Shown: piece after piece, positions 1 through 10,110 of the stretch | Layout: the number at the start of each line of letters is the position of its first letter | How positions within the stretch are numbered: the first letter of the stretch is position 1 | Assembly (NCBI GenBank): GCA_000002435.2 | Contig: CM018792.1 | Length of the DNA: 64,000 bases | Reading direction: 5' to 3' (one strand) | Source of the DNA: Giardia intestinalis | Lineage: Eukaryota | Program-made: the position numbers and the translations under genes | The notes under the pieces: model-generated | What the model was told of the DNA's origin: nothing | The model's input: the letters and a program-made list of their open reading frames with translations, nothing else | The model's database searches: none

Positions 1-1314
1 CCTGGTATTGAGGATCGTACCCAGTTGGGGGTGACTCCGACTGAGCTCGTACGAGCCACGTCCCATCGTGCAATTGGACGCAGTCCATCAATAATACCTG
101 GAATGCATAACCCTGCACCTCCATCGCTTAATACGTTATACAGAGAAGGAAAGACTCTGAATGCTCTGTCTAACGCTTTGCCAGTTACCCCTCAGAAGCC
201 CCCTGATTCCGCCCTCCATCGTGCCTCTTCAAAACGTGATATGTCTATTGGTTATCCTATATGCCAAAGGTCTGTACGCCGAGCGCAATCAATGCGATAT
301 ATGACAGGTCACATGCTTCCATCGATGATACTTCCACATGAGCTGCTTCGGCGTCCCTATTACAAGGACGCAACATCTAAATGGATTCCTTACACTCAAG
401 TCACGCTGGTGCCAGACGATTCAAAGATGCTTTCAGAGTCACACTCTGCTCCTCTTAGCATCTTGCAAAGCCTTGCCTATCGTACACTGCAGCACGGTGT
501 CCTGTCTACAAAGCCCCTTCGTCCACATACGACAAACGATGCATCAGAAGCTACCTCCACTACAAGCCGTGTAGCCCTAGCTTCTGATGATGAAGATTTA
601 ATTGAAGCAGATATAGGGTGTAGCAAGCCACCTCAAGTGCTTCCCTCAATGCGATGCCTAAACAAGTTTGTCGCTATGAAAGACTCAACAACCACGCACA
701 TAAAGGGTAGTGAAGGTCGGGCTTTGAATCCGCATAACAAAGACACAGGCACAGTATTGAGAGGGGCCAGCAACCCAGTTGTTTCCGAACGAATATCTTA
801 CAATCTTTCCCAAGAAGCCCGTGCAAAGTCGTCTTGTTTGGCTAAAGAATCTGAATATCAGTTTGTGCAGGTGGGCTCTCTGCCGCCCTCTAGCCTCCCA
901 GCCACATTTCCACTGGTAACTAGCGCGATGGAAAGCACTGAAGCGCTTTCATCTCTTTGTCAGAAACACGAACGCAGCCCAATGCATGTGCATTCACTTA
1001 CTAAAACTGAAAAACCTAAGGAGACTCCGCTTTGCGACGTTGCTCCACCTTCGCCTGAGACAAAACAGTGTGATAATGTCCACCGGCCTAGAAACCTAGT
1101 TACATCGCGCAGGTTGCTGTCAGCTCAGCTAAAAGGATCTAGTTCTCAACAGGCCCGCCAACCCCGCATAATACAGATCATTCAGAACGATCTAAACACA
1201 TCTGCATCGTCTAGAACACACGGCCTTCAAGCGCACTCCGCCTCAGATGCTGCAAAAAAACTGGAAACAAGTGGCCTTGCTATCAATACCTCTCCTCGCA
1301 GACGTTGCCGGTAA
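1..1314 (+). CDS. Hypothetical Ser/Pro-rich protein, probably 5'-partial. The frame is open back to the window edge, the track start at 25 is TTG, and the first in-frame ATG is near 103.
   Basis: A 429-codon ORF with no competing ORF on the other strand. Composition is low-complexity S/P/T/R-rich, and no conserved domain is recognised. The stop at 1312-1314 is followed about 35 nt later by AGTAAAC. Confidence 0.4.
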   Translation, partial: PGIEDRTQLGVTPTELVRATSHRAIGRSPSIIPGMHNPAPPSLNTLYREGKTLNALSNALPVTPQKPPDSALHRASSKRDMSIGYPICQRSVRRAQSMRYMTGHMLPSMILPHELLRRPYYKDATSKWIPYTQVTLVPDDSKMLSESHSAPLSILQSLAYRTLQHGVLSTKPLRPHTTNDASEATSTTSRVALASDDEDLIEADIGCSKPPQVLPSMRCLNKFVAMKDSTTTHIKGSEGRALNPHNKDTGTVLRGASNPVVSERISYNLSQEARAKSSCLAKESEYQFVQVGSLPPSSLPATFPLVTSAMESTEALSSLCQKHERSPMHVHSLTKTEKPKETPLCDVAPPSPETKQCDNVHRPRNLVTSRRLLSAQLKGSSSQQARQPRIIQIIQNDLNTSASSRTHGLQAHSASDAAKKLETSGLAINTSPRRRCR

Positions 1315-1718
1315 GTCCTTTTCCATCATGAATTGGATATTTTCACTGCGAGTAAACTAATAGTCTAGCTTAGAGGAGCGTTTGTGGATACTGCCAAACG
1401 CAGCAGAATAGCCGCATCAGATGAGCATGTAGTTTATCGATACAGATGATATCACGAAGGCATCTAATGCTAGAAGAGCTGATGAACACCGTACGGTATC
1501 ACTTGACCTTCTGTTATCATGTCTTGCATCTCTATTGTCAGGTCTCCTAAAAGCTCACCATGGTCCAATATTTCTCGGACTTGGAAGGGCTTTTTGATAA
1601 GTTCTTACAAAGAGCCCCACAATAGTGTTTAAAAGAAGCCGTCTTAAGACACTGCCCAAGTACTTAGAACGATACACTGAAATCAACACTAAAAATACTG
1701 AATTGTGAGTTTTAATTA

Positions 1719-2552
1719 TCAAGCATTCTCGAGATGCATATTAGGATCCATTGAGTTAATTCCTACGGGGAGACACATCTGCCCTCCATAGCCCGCAGGG
1801 GGGAAGCATGGCACGCATGCGAATGCAACGGGCGACCCGAGGAGACCCTGGCCCGTCTGAAGCGGGAGGACGCCGGGCCCAGGAACGACCCCGGGCGGGA
1901 GGGCGAGGACGAGGCACCCCGGCGCGTGCGGGGGCAGAAGCGCAGAGACCGCGCCCGGGGCCACAAAGACCGGCCCCCCGACGGGCGGCACCAGCGGAGG
2001 CGTGGCGCAACCAAGAACGCAGGGGGGCGGGGGAGAGGCCGTCACAGGAGATGCCTCCTCCTCCTGCTTGGCCGCCCTCGGGCCGTATGTGCGGCGCGGC
2101 AGCACCACCCCGTGCTCCTCCAGGGCGGCGCGGACGTCCTGGGTGCGGAGCGCGTTGTTGTACGTCATCCGCAGCTCCTGGCGCGGATACTTCGCCCCGA
2201 AGCGCTCGTGGACCCTGCGGTAGAAGTCCGGGCCCAGGATGCTCCGGTCCCTGACCCCGGCGATGATCATCGCCTTGATGGCCCTGCGGTCCTCGCCGGT
2301 CATCTTCACGTTGAGGATGCTCCGCGAGTGCGTCTCGCGGTACCAGTGGTAGATCCTGCTCCGGTCCTCGGACAGGGCGCGGGCGATCTTCTTCCAGTCG
2401 ATGGCCGTCCGGAGCACGTGCCGGTGGAGGAGCAGCGGCCGCCGCGCGAGGCTCTCGGCCGTCTCCCCCAGCCGCCGGGCAGCGACGACCTGCTTCGCGA
2501 GCTCGAGCAGAACGGAGGCGCGCGTCTCCGCCGTCATTGCCCCAGAGCCCAT
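1719..2552 (-). CDS. GC3-extreme ORF encoding a putative helix-turn-helix (Myb/SANT-like?) DNA-binding protein with a proline-rich low-complexity C-terminal tail.
   Basis: A canonical ATG at 2550-2552 is preceded on the minus strand by an AT-rich tract (tgtttttagttttatcgcc). The N-terminal 160 aa are globular-looking, with W..IA..L...RS.IYHWYRE patterns reminiscent of Myb/SANT/MADF-type domains. Codon third positions are almost exclusively G/C, a non-random periodicity that supports real coding. The C-terminal PPPP/PG-rich portion may be read-through caused by the scarcity of stops. Confidence 0.35.
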   Translation of the reverse strand: MGSGAMTAETRASVLLELAKQVVAARRLGETAESLARRPLLLHRHVLRTAIDWKKIARALSEDRSRIYHWYRETHSRSILNVKMTGEDRRAIKAMIIAGVRDRSILGPDFYRRVHERFGAKYPRQELRMTYNNALRTQDVRAALEEHGVVLPRRTYGPRAAKQEEEASPVTASPPPPCVLGCATPPLVPPVGGPVFVAPGAVSALLPPHAPGCLVLALPPGVVPGPGVLPLQTGQGLLGSPVAFACVPCFPPAGYGGQMCLPVGINSMDPNMHLENA

Positions 2553-3160
2553 CCGATAGAAGCGGCGATAAAACTAAAAACAGACCAACGAATAATGTGA
2601 AATTAAATATGTACAGGCCTTGCACAAAAGCTTTAGCGGGTGTTTGTTGCCTGCCTGCCCCGGTCCGTCGGGCGAGCAGGGCGCCCTCACCCGGGCCATC
2701 GCCGCAGTACGAGTTGGCTTAGGCCGCCACACAGAACAGACTGCTTTGCACACGGCGGCGCCGGGGCTGATGTATTGATCGGAGGTTTTTGGTATTGCCG
2801 GGGATCCCCGCCCTCGGCCGCCAGGGAGAGCCGCGCCCTGCGCAGCCCCGGTTTGTCTGCAGATGCCCAGAGCTCTACGGAGGCGGGCAGGCTGGGGCCG
2901 TCCCCTTCGTTCGGGGCATCGCCGACGACGAGCTGCTGCCTGCGGCCTGCGGGGTCTTCCGCTCTGAGAGGGGCAACCGAGTGTCGTGGGCCGCAGCGCT
3001 CTGCAAGGCCTGCACACGACCAGGGGCTGCCAAGTTTTTTGAGCAGCTGGCTCTGACGCAGATTCTGCGGACGCCTGCTGCCGGCCCGGTCTACAGGGGC
3101 GCCCGCGTGTCTACTGTGACGACTTCCCTCATAGTGCAAAGAGTCCCTGCTTAGCCCTTT
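1757..3160. other. Sharply bounded GC-rich island of about 70% GC, flanked by sequence of about 45-50% GC.
   Basis: Composition changes abruptly near 1757 and returns to background near 3160. Inside the island, multiple overlapping ORFs appear in all frames because stop codons are rare at this GC level. Confidence 0.6.
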
Positions 3161-3832
3161 CTGGGCATTTATGCGCTAATTGTATTCTCAAGTAGGCACT
3201 GTCTGTTTTCAGCTGCAGTTTTGAGCCAACCCAAAATGACAGTTGTGCTCTACTATTACCCTGTAACTTAATAATAGCGCAGCTGTGTCTACTGCATCGT
3301 TGATACTGGTCCGCTCCACAATTTTCCCATCAACATGCAGACTCATTGATTATATGCAATCCTGCTTATCACGTCGATAAGATGATATCGGTTTTTAAGG
3401 TTAGACGTTGACTATCTGTAGTATGATCACTACCAGTAAGTTCCTGTGACGTGCCTCAAAAGATATCAATGTTCTGTCCTAAAACTGGCTATATCAACTC
3501 GCGCGGTATTTGGCCTAAATATACAACCTGGGTTAGTATGCTGAGGCCCAACTGATATGCACGCAAATGTTTGATGCAAGGTAGCGGTACTTTGCTTTTG
3601 TCCATGTCAAAGTTGTAGTTTTAGGGGTGTTATCCTATCATCGCATTTGTAAGGGGACCTGGCCATAACAATTGGTGCCATACCGAAAAGTCCATGCAAT
3701 CAGAGCTGAGTCTTTGTTCAACCTTGTCACAATAGATTGTGACACTAACGTGCTTACTATTCTCGACACTACCAGCCAGACTTCACCGGGAAAAGCGCCC
3801 GTTATACTGTATATAGCTTGGTTGTACAGTAT

Positions 3833-3839
3833 ATTTACT
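3833..3839 (-). promoter_or_regulatory. Polyadenylation signal AGTAAAT for the ankyrin gene 3843..6374.
   Basis: The reverse complement of atttact lies 3 nt downstream of the TAG stop and matches the Giardia AGTRAAY consensus. Confidence 0.6.
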
Positions 3840-3842
3840 CAG

Positions 3843-6374
3843 CTATTCGCTATACAACTGTACAAGATGTCTTATTTCAGCAGAAGAGCTTAGAGCATCT
3901 GGTGAGATCGTAGGCCTATACCCTAGCTTGGCTTCTTTCCCTAATAATACCCTTACGCAGTCGATCGAACCGTACATGCATGCAAAACATAGGGCTGTTA
4001 GACCTTCCTTGTTAGGGTGTCCCTCGCTTGTCCGCAGACCTGCTTCGCCAAGGAGCAACTCACAGGTTGAAGGCCTATTGTTCTTAGCAGCCCGCATAAG
4101 AGCCGTCTCTCCATATATATCGGTCATCCCCGCCTCTGTACCTACCAACACGCAAACGAGCGCATCGAGGCCCCTTTCAGCAGCAAGCATAAGTGCTGTG
4201 GTTCCATTCTCATCTTGTAGGCATCCCTGATAGGGTAGCATTGCCTTAACGCAGATGATGTCATTTCTTACAACGGCGTCCATCAGCTCTGTGAAGCGGC
4301 CTGTCGCACAATTTACCATTTGGCTTGTAAAGGAGTAGTTTCCAGTGTATTCTGGAATGACTCTCTTGTAGCTACTCTCTAGGATCTTTCCATTGACGCT
4401 TGGACGTTGAATACCTGCCTGTAGTACGTGTTTCTCTACAGTGCCGTGGGAAAACTGCCCCGAAAGAATCATGCTGGTCAGCTCCTTTCCCATTCCGTTA
4501 AATGATTGGGTGCTAAAGTCGGTGTGACCCCCACGGGATTCACGTTCAGTGGTGGGTACATTTGGAGGGCAGTACTCTTCTGCAGAGCGGCGTTGTATCG
4601 ACTCGAAGATAGGATCGGTAGAAAGGATTCCATGTGGGTCTGCGTGCGGAGGGACATCTCCGGCATCGTTTGCGGCTATGTTTGAATCGTACACCTCTCT
4701 GAGGTCTTCTGCTTTCTTTGTAGTCGTGGTTGGTAGTGGTGTTATATATGTATTTGTGTTAGAGTTTGCTAGGATAAGGCTCTTGTCTGCTCCATCTCTG
4801 TGTACAAGTGGTTCAGAGCTAGCTACTAATTGAGTATCCGAAGAAACGAGGGCAGGCATGTAGGGCACGGCGTATTGCTGGTCCTTCGCTTGTTCAACGA
4901 GTCTTGTCTCAATACCTTCCACGTCCACGCTTCTAGAATCCAGCAGCTCTCTGTCTGCAACCACGGAAGAAGAGCGCCCTAGGTGCTCCTCTGCCACTTT
5001 AACCTTTTCCTCAGTAAACTCCACTGCACTGCAGATTAGGCTATTCATTTCATCGACGGTCTTGTCCTTATAGGTTTCTATGGCCTGAGAGAGGGCAACT
5101 GACTCTCTGTCCAATTGCAGTGACTGTTGCAGGATGTTCGTAGACTGCTCCAGGATAGTATTGGCAGCTGACAGCTTTTTAACGGTTGCTGCGAAGATTG
5201 TAGGCTGATCAGCATCCAAACCCAACTCTTCATCGAGTGGATTGGCGGCTCTAGAATGGTTATCAGGAGACTCCCTTACCTTTGTCAAGGCGTCAACAAC
5301 AAGGTCGTGCGCATCCCTGATCACATCAACAGCTCGCTGGATTTCCTGCTCATGCGCTGTAGACGCTTTACATGAGATGGTCAGGTGGTCGAAGTCTTGA
5401 GCCGATGAGGTGGAATACTCGCTCCTGTCGACGACAGCCTTGCTCCTACTGATTGATTGAGAATACTCCAAGTATTCGTCGATAGAAATTTTCTTTGGTT
5501 CAGTGCATGCAAGGGTCGGAGGAAAAGTGGGATGACCCAGGTGGCGAGATTCATTCATGGGTCTGATTTCGTTCTTCTTGTATTCGGGCTTTTTAGACAC
5601 GTAATTGGCAGACAAGACAGATGCGTCAACCTCATCCTTAACTATGGAAGTAGCATCGATGCAAGGCCCCGTGGTGGATCTGGTTCTGGGTGCAACGACG
5701 TCTGCAGGGCTTAGAGGAATAACCTTGACATTACTGCTAGGGGTGTGGACCACAGAGTTGCTCACTGACATGGAGCTGTTACCGGGTTGGAAGAAAGAAT
5801 CTACGTGTTCGGCTTGATATGCGGCAATCTCTTTAAGGGTGGAGCACATTACCGTGTCACCCCGCCTCAGGGCTATCTCGGTGCAGGCAGTAAGCACATC
5901 CTTTGGAATAGGTATTTCGTGGCCAATCATAGCTGCGAGAGCATGGTTTCCGAGAGAGACAGCGTGTGCCAGGACGGAGAATCCGCGCTTGTCATACCAC
6001 TGTGTAGGATAACGGAGCAAATAACTGCAGAGCGTAGTATTCGCTGCATTTATTGCTAGCATAAGGGATGTATTTCCTTCTCTAGTGTAAATGTGCCCCT
6101 CAAAGGGCATCAAAAGCTGGACTATCTCCAGGTAGCCGTGCTTGACAGCCATGTGCATTGCACACTCTCCATCATTGTTTAGCAATGTAGCCTCCCTTTG
6201 CAGAAGGAAAGAAACAACATCTGCTTGATTTCCACGAGTTGCCACCATCAGGGCGGTTTCTCCAGAATCGTTTCTTCGTCCAGCACACTTGTCAACTAGG
6301 GAACTCATTCTGTCCTTATCTCCTACAAAAGCGCATTTAAACCACGTATCGATGAGGAGCCCCGCCGATTCCAT
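3843..6374 (-). CDS. Ankyrin-repeat / coiled-coil protein of the Giardia 'Protein 21.1' family.
   Basis: The 843-aa ORF has TALM-type ankyrin repeats at both ends (GTTALMLAAERGLDALVCVLVG, ETALMRAAKNN, ETALMVATRGNQADVVSFLL). The central region has predicted coiled-coil character. The start is ATG, and AGTAAAT follows 3 nt after the stop. Confidence 0.85.
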   Translation of the reverse strand: MESAGLLIDTWFKCAFVGDKDRMSSLVDKCAGRRNDSGETALMVATRGNQADVVSFLLQREATLLNNDGECAMHMAVKHGYLEIVQLLMPFEGHIYTREGNTSLMLAINAANTTLCSYLLRYPTQWYDKRGFSVLAHAVSLGNHALAAMIGHEIPIPKDVLTACTEIALRRGDTVMCSTLKEIAAYQAEHVDSFFQPGNSSMSVSNSVVHTPSSNVKVIPLSPADVVAPRTRSTTGPCIDATSIVKDEVDASVLSANYVSKKPEYKKNEIRPMNESRHLGHPTFPPTLACTEPKKISIDEYLEYSQSISRSKAVVDRSEYSTSSAQDFDHLTISCKASTAHEQEIQRAVDVIRDAHDLVVDALTKVRESPDNHSRAANPLDEELGLDADQPTIFAATVKKLSAANTILEQSTNILQQSLQLDRESVALSQAIETYKDKTVDEMNSLICSAVEFTEEKVKVAEEHLGRSSSVVADRELLDSRSVDVEGIETRLVEQAKDQQYAVPYMPALVSSDTQLVASSEPLVHRDGADKSLILANSNTNTYITPLPTTTTKKAEDLREVYDSNIAANDAGDVPPHADPHGILSTDPIFESIQRRSAEEYCPPNVPTTERESRGGHTDFSTQSFNGMGKELTSMILSGQFSHGTVEKHVLQAGIQRPSVNGKILESSYKRVIPEYTGNYSFTSQMVNCATGRFTELMDAVVRNDIICVKAMLPYQGCLQDENGTTALMLAAERGLDALVCVLVGTEAGMTDIYGETALMRAAKNNRPSTCELLLGEAGLRTSEGHPNKEGLTALCFACMYGSIDCVRVLLGKEAKLGYRPTISPDALSSSAEIRHLVQLYSE

Positions 6375-6470
6375 GAAAGGCTTCTGAAAAATTCTTTAAA
6401 ATGCGCAGCTTCCCCTTTGAGGCTGTTTACTTTAATTCTTTCCCGCAAGAAGTGCTAGAAAGAAGCTGCA

Positions 6471-8828
6471 TCAATCCTGAAGAGATCTCAAGTAGTCATA
6501 TATTTCTGGATACGTCGCTCGCTTGCATTTCATCAACGCCGTGGCACCCCCCTTCAACGTGAGATCCATTTCTATTGGAGCCAGGATTTTCACGGCATCC
6601 AGGTTTCCATGCTCTATAGCCTTGATAAGGGCTGTTGTGCCATCCTTGGTCTGCCGTCTGGCTTCATGATCAATCAGAAGCTTTACAATCTCCAAGTGGT
6701 TATTACGCGCAGCGCTCATCAACGCAGTCCATCCGTCTTTTCGAGACATCCCAGCTTCGTGAGGAATTAGAAGCTTGCATACATCGAGGTGACCATTGAG
6801 GGCAGCCGACATAAGAGCTGTTTTTCCTGAGTATGTGGCCTTCCCCACTTGCTTATCCAACAGAGCACAAACAACTTCCAAATGGCCGTTTTCTGCTGCT
6901 TTCATAAGAGCAGTTTCTCCCATCGTATTGGTGACCTTTTCTTGATATGGAACCAAAGAAAGAACCGTGCTAATGTCTCCTATAGCAGCAGCTAGAATAA
7001 GGGCTGTATTCCCGTCCTTATCTCTGAATGCGGTAGACTTTGTGAGTGTGTTATCTACGACAACTGCTTGTGCATCTTCACGAAGACTTTCAAGCAATCT
7101 GCTCGGTGCAGATGTATCCGCTGCAAACGCCGCATACCCGACTTGGGAAGGAGCAACTGGCATGTTGGTAGATGATAGCAATTGAGAAGTGCTCAGCTTA
7201 CTACCATCTATTGTACTATTAGACTGTGTAATAGACGGCGCAGTACCAAGGCCATCGAAACGCTGCGTTCCTGGACTCCCATGATAGCCACTTAGGTGCA
7301 TCTTTTCCAGATTGTCATGTGTAGAGGCCCGCACATTCCCTGCTGTGCCAGATGTCTGAGGATAATCTTCAGTACTATCAAGAATTCCACTCTGAACCAT
7401 TGTCAATTGCTTTCTTAACTCTAGTATCTCTGTATTCTTAGATCCCATTTGCTCTTCCAATTCAGCAATCCTCTTGGATGAAGTTGCATTATCACTCGAA
7501 AATTGAGCCATCCGAGTATTAAGGTCAGTGATGGTCTTTAGCAAATTAGTGTTTTGCTCCTGTGCTGCTGTCTGACTTTGTACCAAAGAATCAACTGCAG
7601 ACTGAGATGCTGCCAGCTTGGCCACAAGTTCAACGTTCTCTGTTTCCAACCGAGAAACTCGCCCCTGCAGGAACGTGCGCTCCTCCTGCTGAGACGCCAA
7701 CTGGTTTGCAACAACAGTTGCGCGGGCGTTGATTGCGTTTTCCGTCATGCGAATTATCTCTGTTGTGTTTTCTTCTAGTTCAGCTACCTTTGCCCTCAGC
7801 ATTTTGATCTCCTCATCTTTCAAGTGCAATTCGCTTTGGAGAGAGTTGACATGAGTACTCGATGTTGATACCTGTAGCATGAGTGCCGTAGATTCGCTGG
7901 AGGAGCTTCTCACTAATGCCTTCTGCTTCTCAAGCTCGGCCTCAAGCCTAGCAATCGTTGACTGACTCTCTGTTATCTGTGCCATGAAGTTGGAGTTAGC
8001 GTTCTGCGTTGATGCCACCGCCTCCATGGCAGTTTGATACTGTGAGAGCAGAGATGCATTTTGCTCCTTGACGCGGTTCAGTTCTGCTGAAAGCTCATTA
8101 TTTTGTCGAGTGAGCTTGGCACAGTTATCACACAAAGATGCATGGCCTATTTGGCTGGTGATAGTGGGTCCTGAGGAGAAGGATGGCGATGAAACTGAAA
8201 ATACCGGGGCAGGCGTAGGTGCTGTGGCAGCAGAAAAGGGCGCTACTGGCTGTGCCACTGGTTGTACCACTGGTTGCGGAATAGTGGTCTGCAAACATGG
8301 AGGTACAATCTGTTGTAGCCCGGGAGCCACAGAAGCAGCTGAAATCGCAGGAAATGGTGTGGTAGCTACAGGAGCAGGCACAACTGTCCCTAACAAGGGA
8401 AGTAGATCTGTATATCCCAAGTTCTGAGCAAGCTGTGCAGCAGTCAATCCATCATTATTTTTCAGCAGGCCAAATTGCACAAGAAGTTTTGGTATACATG
8501 ACTTTGCACGAACCCGAACTGCCCAATGTAAAAGAGTATCTCCTGCCGCGTTCCTAACAGAAGCCTCATAGGGAAGCATCAAAGAAACGATATCCCAATT
8601 GTCCGAGTCCAATCCAAAATGTATTGCTGCCTTACCAGAACCTGTCGTACACCCCTGTTCGTGAGCGCAAAGCTCCTGCACCACTGCGATATGTCCGCAA
8701 CATGCGCTGATCATCAAAGCCGTCATTCCGTCCGTGGTTGTAGCAGTACGGAAAACGGCACAATTGGCTCGGATGAATTGTGAGTCCCCGCTTTCTGCCG
8801 CTTTGAACCAATCTTGGACAGTTGGCAT
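6471..8828 (-). CDS. Ankyrin-repeat / coiled-coil protein (Protein 21.1 family).
   Basis: The 785-aa ORF has one N-terminal ankyrin repeat, a long Q/L/E-rich coiled-coil segment, and five C-terminal TALM ankyrin repeats (NTALILAAAIGD, ETALMKAAENGHLEVV, KTALMSAALNGHLDV, WTALMSAARNNHLEIV, TTALIKAIEHGNLDAV). AGTAAAC lies about 40 nt downstream of the stop, at 6425-6431. Confidence 0.85.
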   Translation of the reverse strand: MPTVQDWFKAAESGDSQFIRANCAVFRTATTTDGMTALMISACCGHIAVVQELCAHEQGCTTGSGKAAIHFGLDSDNWDIVSLMLPYEASVRNAAGDTLLHWAVRVRAKSCIPKLLVQFGLLKNNDGLTAAQLAQNLGYTDLLPLLGTVVPAPVATTPFPAISAASVAPGLQQIVPPCLQTTIPQPVVQPVAQPVAPFSAATAPTPAPVFSVSSPSFSSGPTITSQIGHASLCDNCAKLTRQNNELSAELNRVKEQNASLLSQYQTAMEAVASTQNANSNFMAQITESQSTIARLEAELEKQKALVRSSSSESTALMLQVSTSSTHVNSLQSELHLKDEEIKMLRAKVAELEENTTEIIRMTENAINARATVVANQLASQQEERTFLQGRVSRLETENVELVAKLAASQSAVDSLVQSQTAAQEQNTNLLKTITDLNTRMAQFSSDNATSSKRIAELEEQMGSKNTEILELRKQLTMVQSGILDSTEDYPQTSGTAGNVRASTHDNLEKMHLSGYHGSPGTQRFDGLGTAPSITQSNSTIDGSKLSTSQLLSSTNMPVAPSQVGYAAFAADTSAPSRLLESLREDAQAVVVDNTLTKSTAFRDKDGNTALILAAAIGDISTVLSLVPYQEKVTNTMGETALMKAAENGHLEVVCALLDKQVGKATYSGKTALMSAALNGHLDVCKLLIPHEAGMSRKDGWTALMSAARNNHLEIVKLLIDHEARRQTKDGTTALIKAIEHGNLDAVKILAPIEMDLTLKGGATALMKCKRATYPEIYDYLRSLQD

Positions 8829-8870
8829 CTGAAGTTGCAGTTTTTTGAAAATCTAGATTTAGAAGTGTCT

Positions 8871-10088
8871 CTATGTTTGGTCCTGCATTTGGCTAAACTC
8901 TTCTAGATCAACCTTCCACTCCTCAATGTGTGCTCTGCACATGGGGCAGTTGCGACGATTCAAGTCCACTAGCTTTTCTGAGCACGCAATACATGCACAT
9001 CTGTGACCACAAGGAATACACGTCATAATGCAAAGATCAGAGAGACAAATGGTGCATACTCCTAGTACATCCTCCTTATCTTTATATTGAATGGAAATAA
9101 GGTATTGAAGGCCATCGCCAGCTAAAAGGGCACGGGTTTCATCGTCTCTAATGCGCTTTGCAAGGTTCCGGATCGAGTACTTACCTTTGTCCCTTATAGT
9201 GTACTCTAAGGGAAGAAGGATCTTGATGCAATCTGTGAATTCCGCATAGATAGCATATGCCAGCGCACACCAACCCCCGGAGTCCAAAATGCATGCCTCA
9301 TGCTCTGCGAGCAGCCTCACGCACTTGACATTGTTGCGCATGGTCGCCCGGATGAGTGCAGTGTAGCCTTCCTTGTCTTGCATGCGCGCCTCCTTCCCGT
9401 CTTGCAGAAGGAGCCGAACACATTCCTCCGAGCCAGCTGAGGCTGCATACATCAGAGCGGTGACACCGTTGCTATCAGACTTTCCAGAGTCCCGCGCGAT
9501 GCACTCGGCCACTTGAGACGTCGCATTGGCAGCAGCAGCACTCATAAGAGGGGTAATGCCCTCCAGAGGCATCTCTCGGTCAGCTAGCTTGTTAACTGCG
9601 TGTACATTCTTGCGTGAAATTGCGTGCTGCAAGGCAGTAGAGCCTTTGTTGTCACACAGCGTGGCCTCTACCTCCACTAGCTTGTCTGTTGGGCACATAT
9701 CATGCGCACAAGCGTACATAAGAGCTGTCCACCCTTCTGTGTCTTTCATTTTCCCCTCCGCGTCAACAAGTAGATCAACACAATCTGCGTGACCAAGCAT
9801 TGCAGATATCATTAAAGCCGTGCGTCCAAAGGAATCTACGAGCCTCGCCTCATGCTCACGCAGCACCTTTACTACCTCGGATTGGTTGAACATCGCTGCA
9901 GCCATCAATGCCGTCGAGCTATTTGTTGTCCGCAGACCTGTCTGGCTAAGGTTTTTCTTAACGGCTTCAACATCTCCTTTAGCCGCCGCTTCCACCAAAT
10001 CCGTGTCTGCCCCAGTTCGTACATACACGGGTGGCTTGGGTGTCCTCAATTGAATCCTCTGCAGAGGCAACACTTGCGGTGTGGGCAT
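8871..10088 (-). CDS. Ankyrin-repeat protein with a C-terminal C3HC4 RING finger of the zf-C3HC4_3 / Mind-bomb type. Start refined to the ATG at 10088.
   Basis: TALM ankyrin repeats are followed by CTICLSDLCIMTCIPCGHRCACIACSEKL...CPMCRAHI. The track start at 10160 is TTG and would overlap the upstream gene. The ATG at 10086-10088 is directly preceded by ttttaaaaag. Confidence 0.8.
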   Translation of the reverse strand: MPTPQVLPLQRIQLRTPKPPVYVRTGADTDLVEAAAKGDVEAVKKNLSQTGLRTTNSSTALMAAAMFNQSEVVKVLREHEARLVDSFGRTALMISAMLGHADCVDLLVDAEGKMKDTEGWTALMYACAHDMCPTDKLVEVEATLCDNKGSTALQHAISRKNVHAVNKLADREMPLEGITPLMSAAAANATSQVAECIARDSGKSDSNGVTALMYAASAGSEECVRLLLQDGKEARMQDKEGYTALIRATMRNNVKCVRLLAEHEACILDSGGWCALAYAIYAEFTDCIKILLPLEYTIRDKGKYSIRNLAKRIRDDETRALLAGDGLQYLISIQYKDKEDVLGVCTICLSDLCIMTCIPCGHRCACIACSEKLVDLNRRNCPMCRAHIEEWKVDLEEFSQMQDQT

Positions 10089-10099
10089 CTTTTTAAAAC

Positions 10100-10106
10100 G
10101 TTTACT
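10100..10106 (-). promoter_or_regulatory. Polyadenylation signal AGTAAAC of gene 10111..13335, sharing a 22-bp intergenic spacer with the AT-rich initiator of gene 8871..10088.
   Basis: On the minus strand the sequence reads TGA-gctg-AGTAAAC-gttttaaaaag-ATG. Confidence 0.55.
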
Positions 10107-10110
10107 CAGC

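Noticed and set aside
1315-1320. GTAAGT immediately after the stop of the first ORF, resembling a 5' splice site.
   Set aside because: It follows a stop codon. No matching branch-point/acceptor (A/C)CT(A/G)AC...AG of the Giardia intron type was found in frame-restoring distance. Giardia introns are extremely rare.
1756-3154. Multiple overlapping long ORFs in the GC island (1756-2625 minus strand, 1808-2254 plus strand, 1926-2600 plus strand, 2574-3139 minus strand, 2640-3154 plus strand).
   Set aside because: They mutually overlap in different frames, which is expected from stop-codon scarcity at about 70% GC. Most start on GTG/TTG in the track and have no ATG. Their translations are R/P/G/A noise. 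Only 1719-2552 (minus strand) has an ATG, an AT-rich upstream tract and a globular-looking N-terminus.
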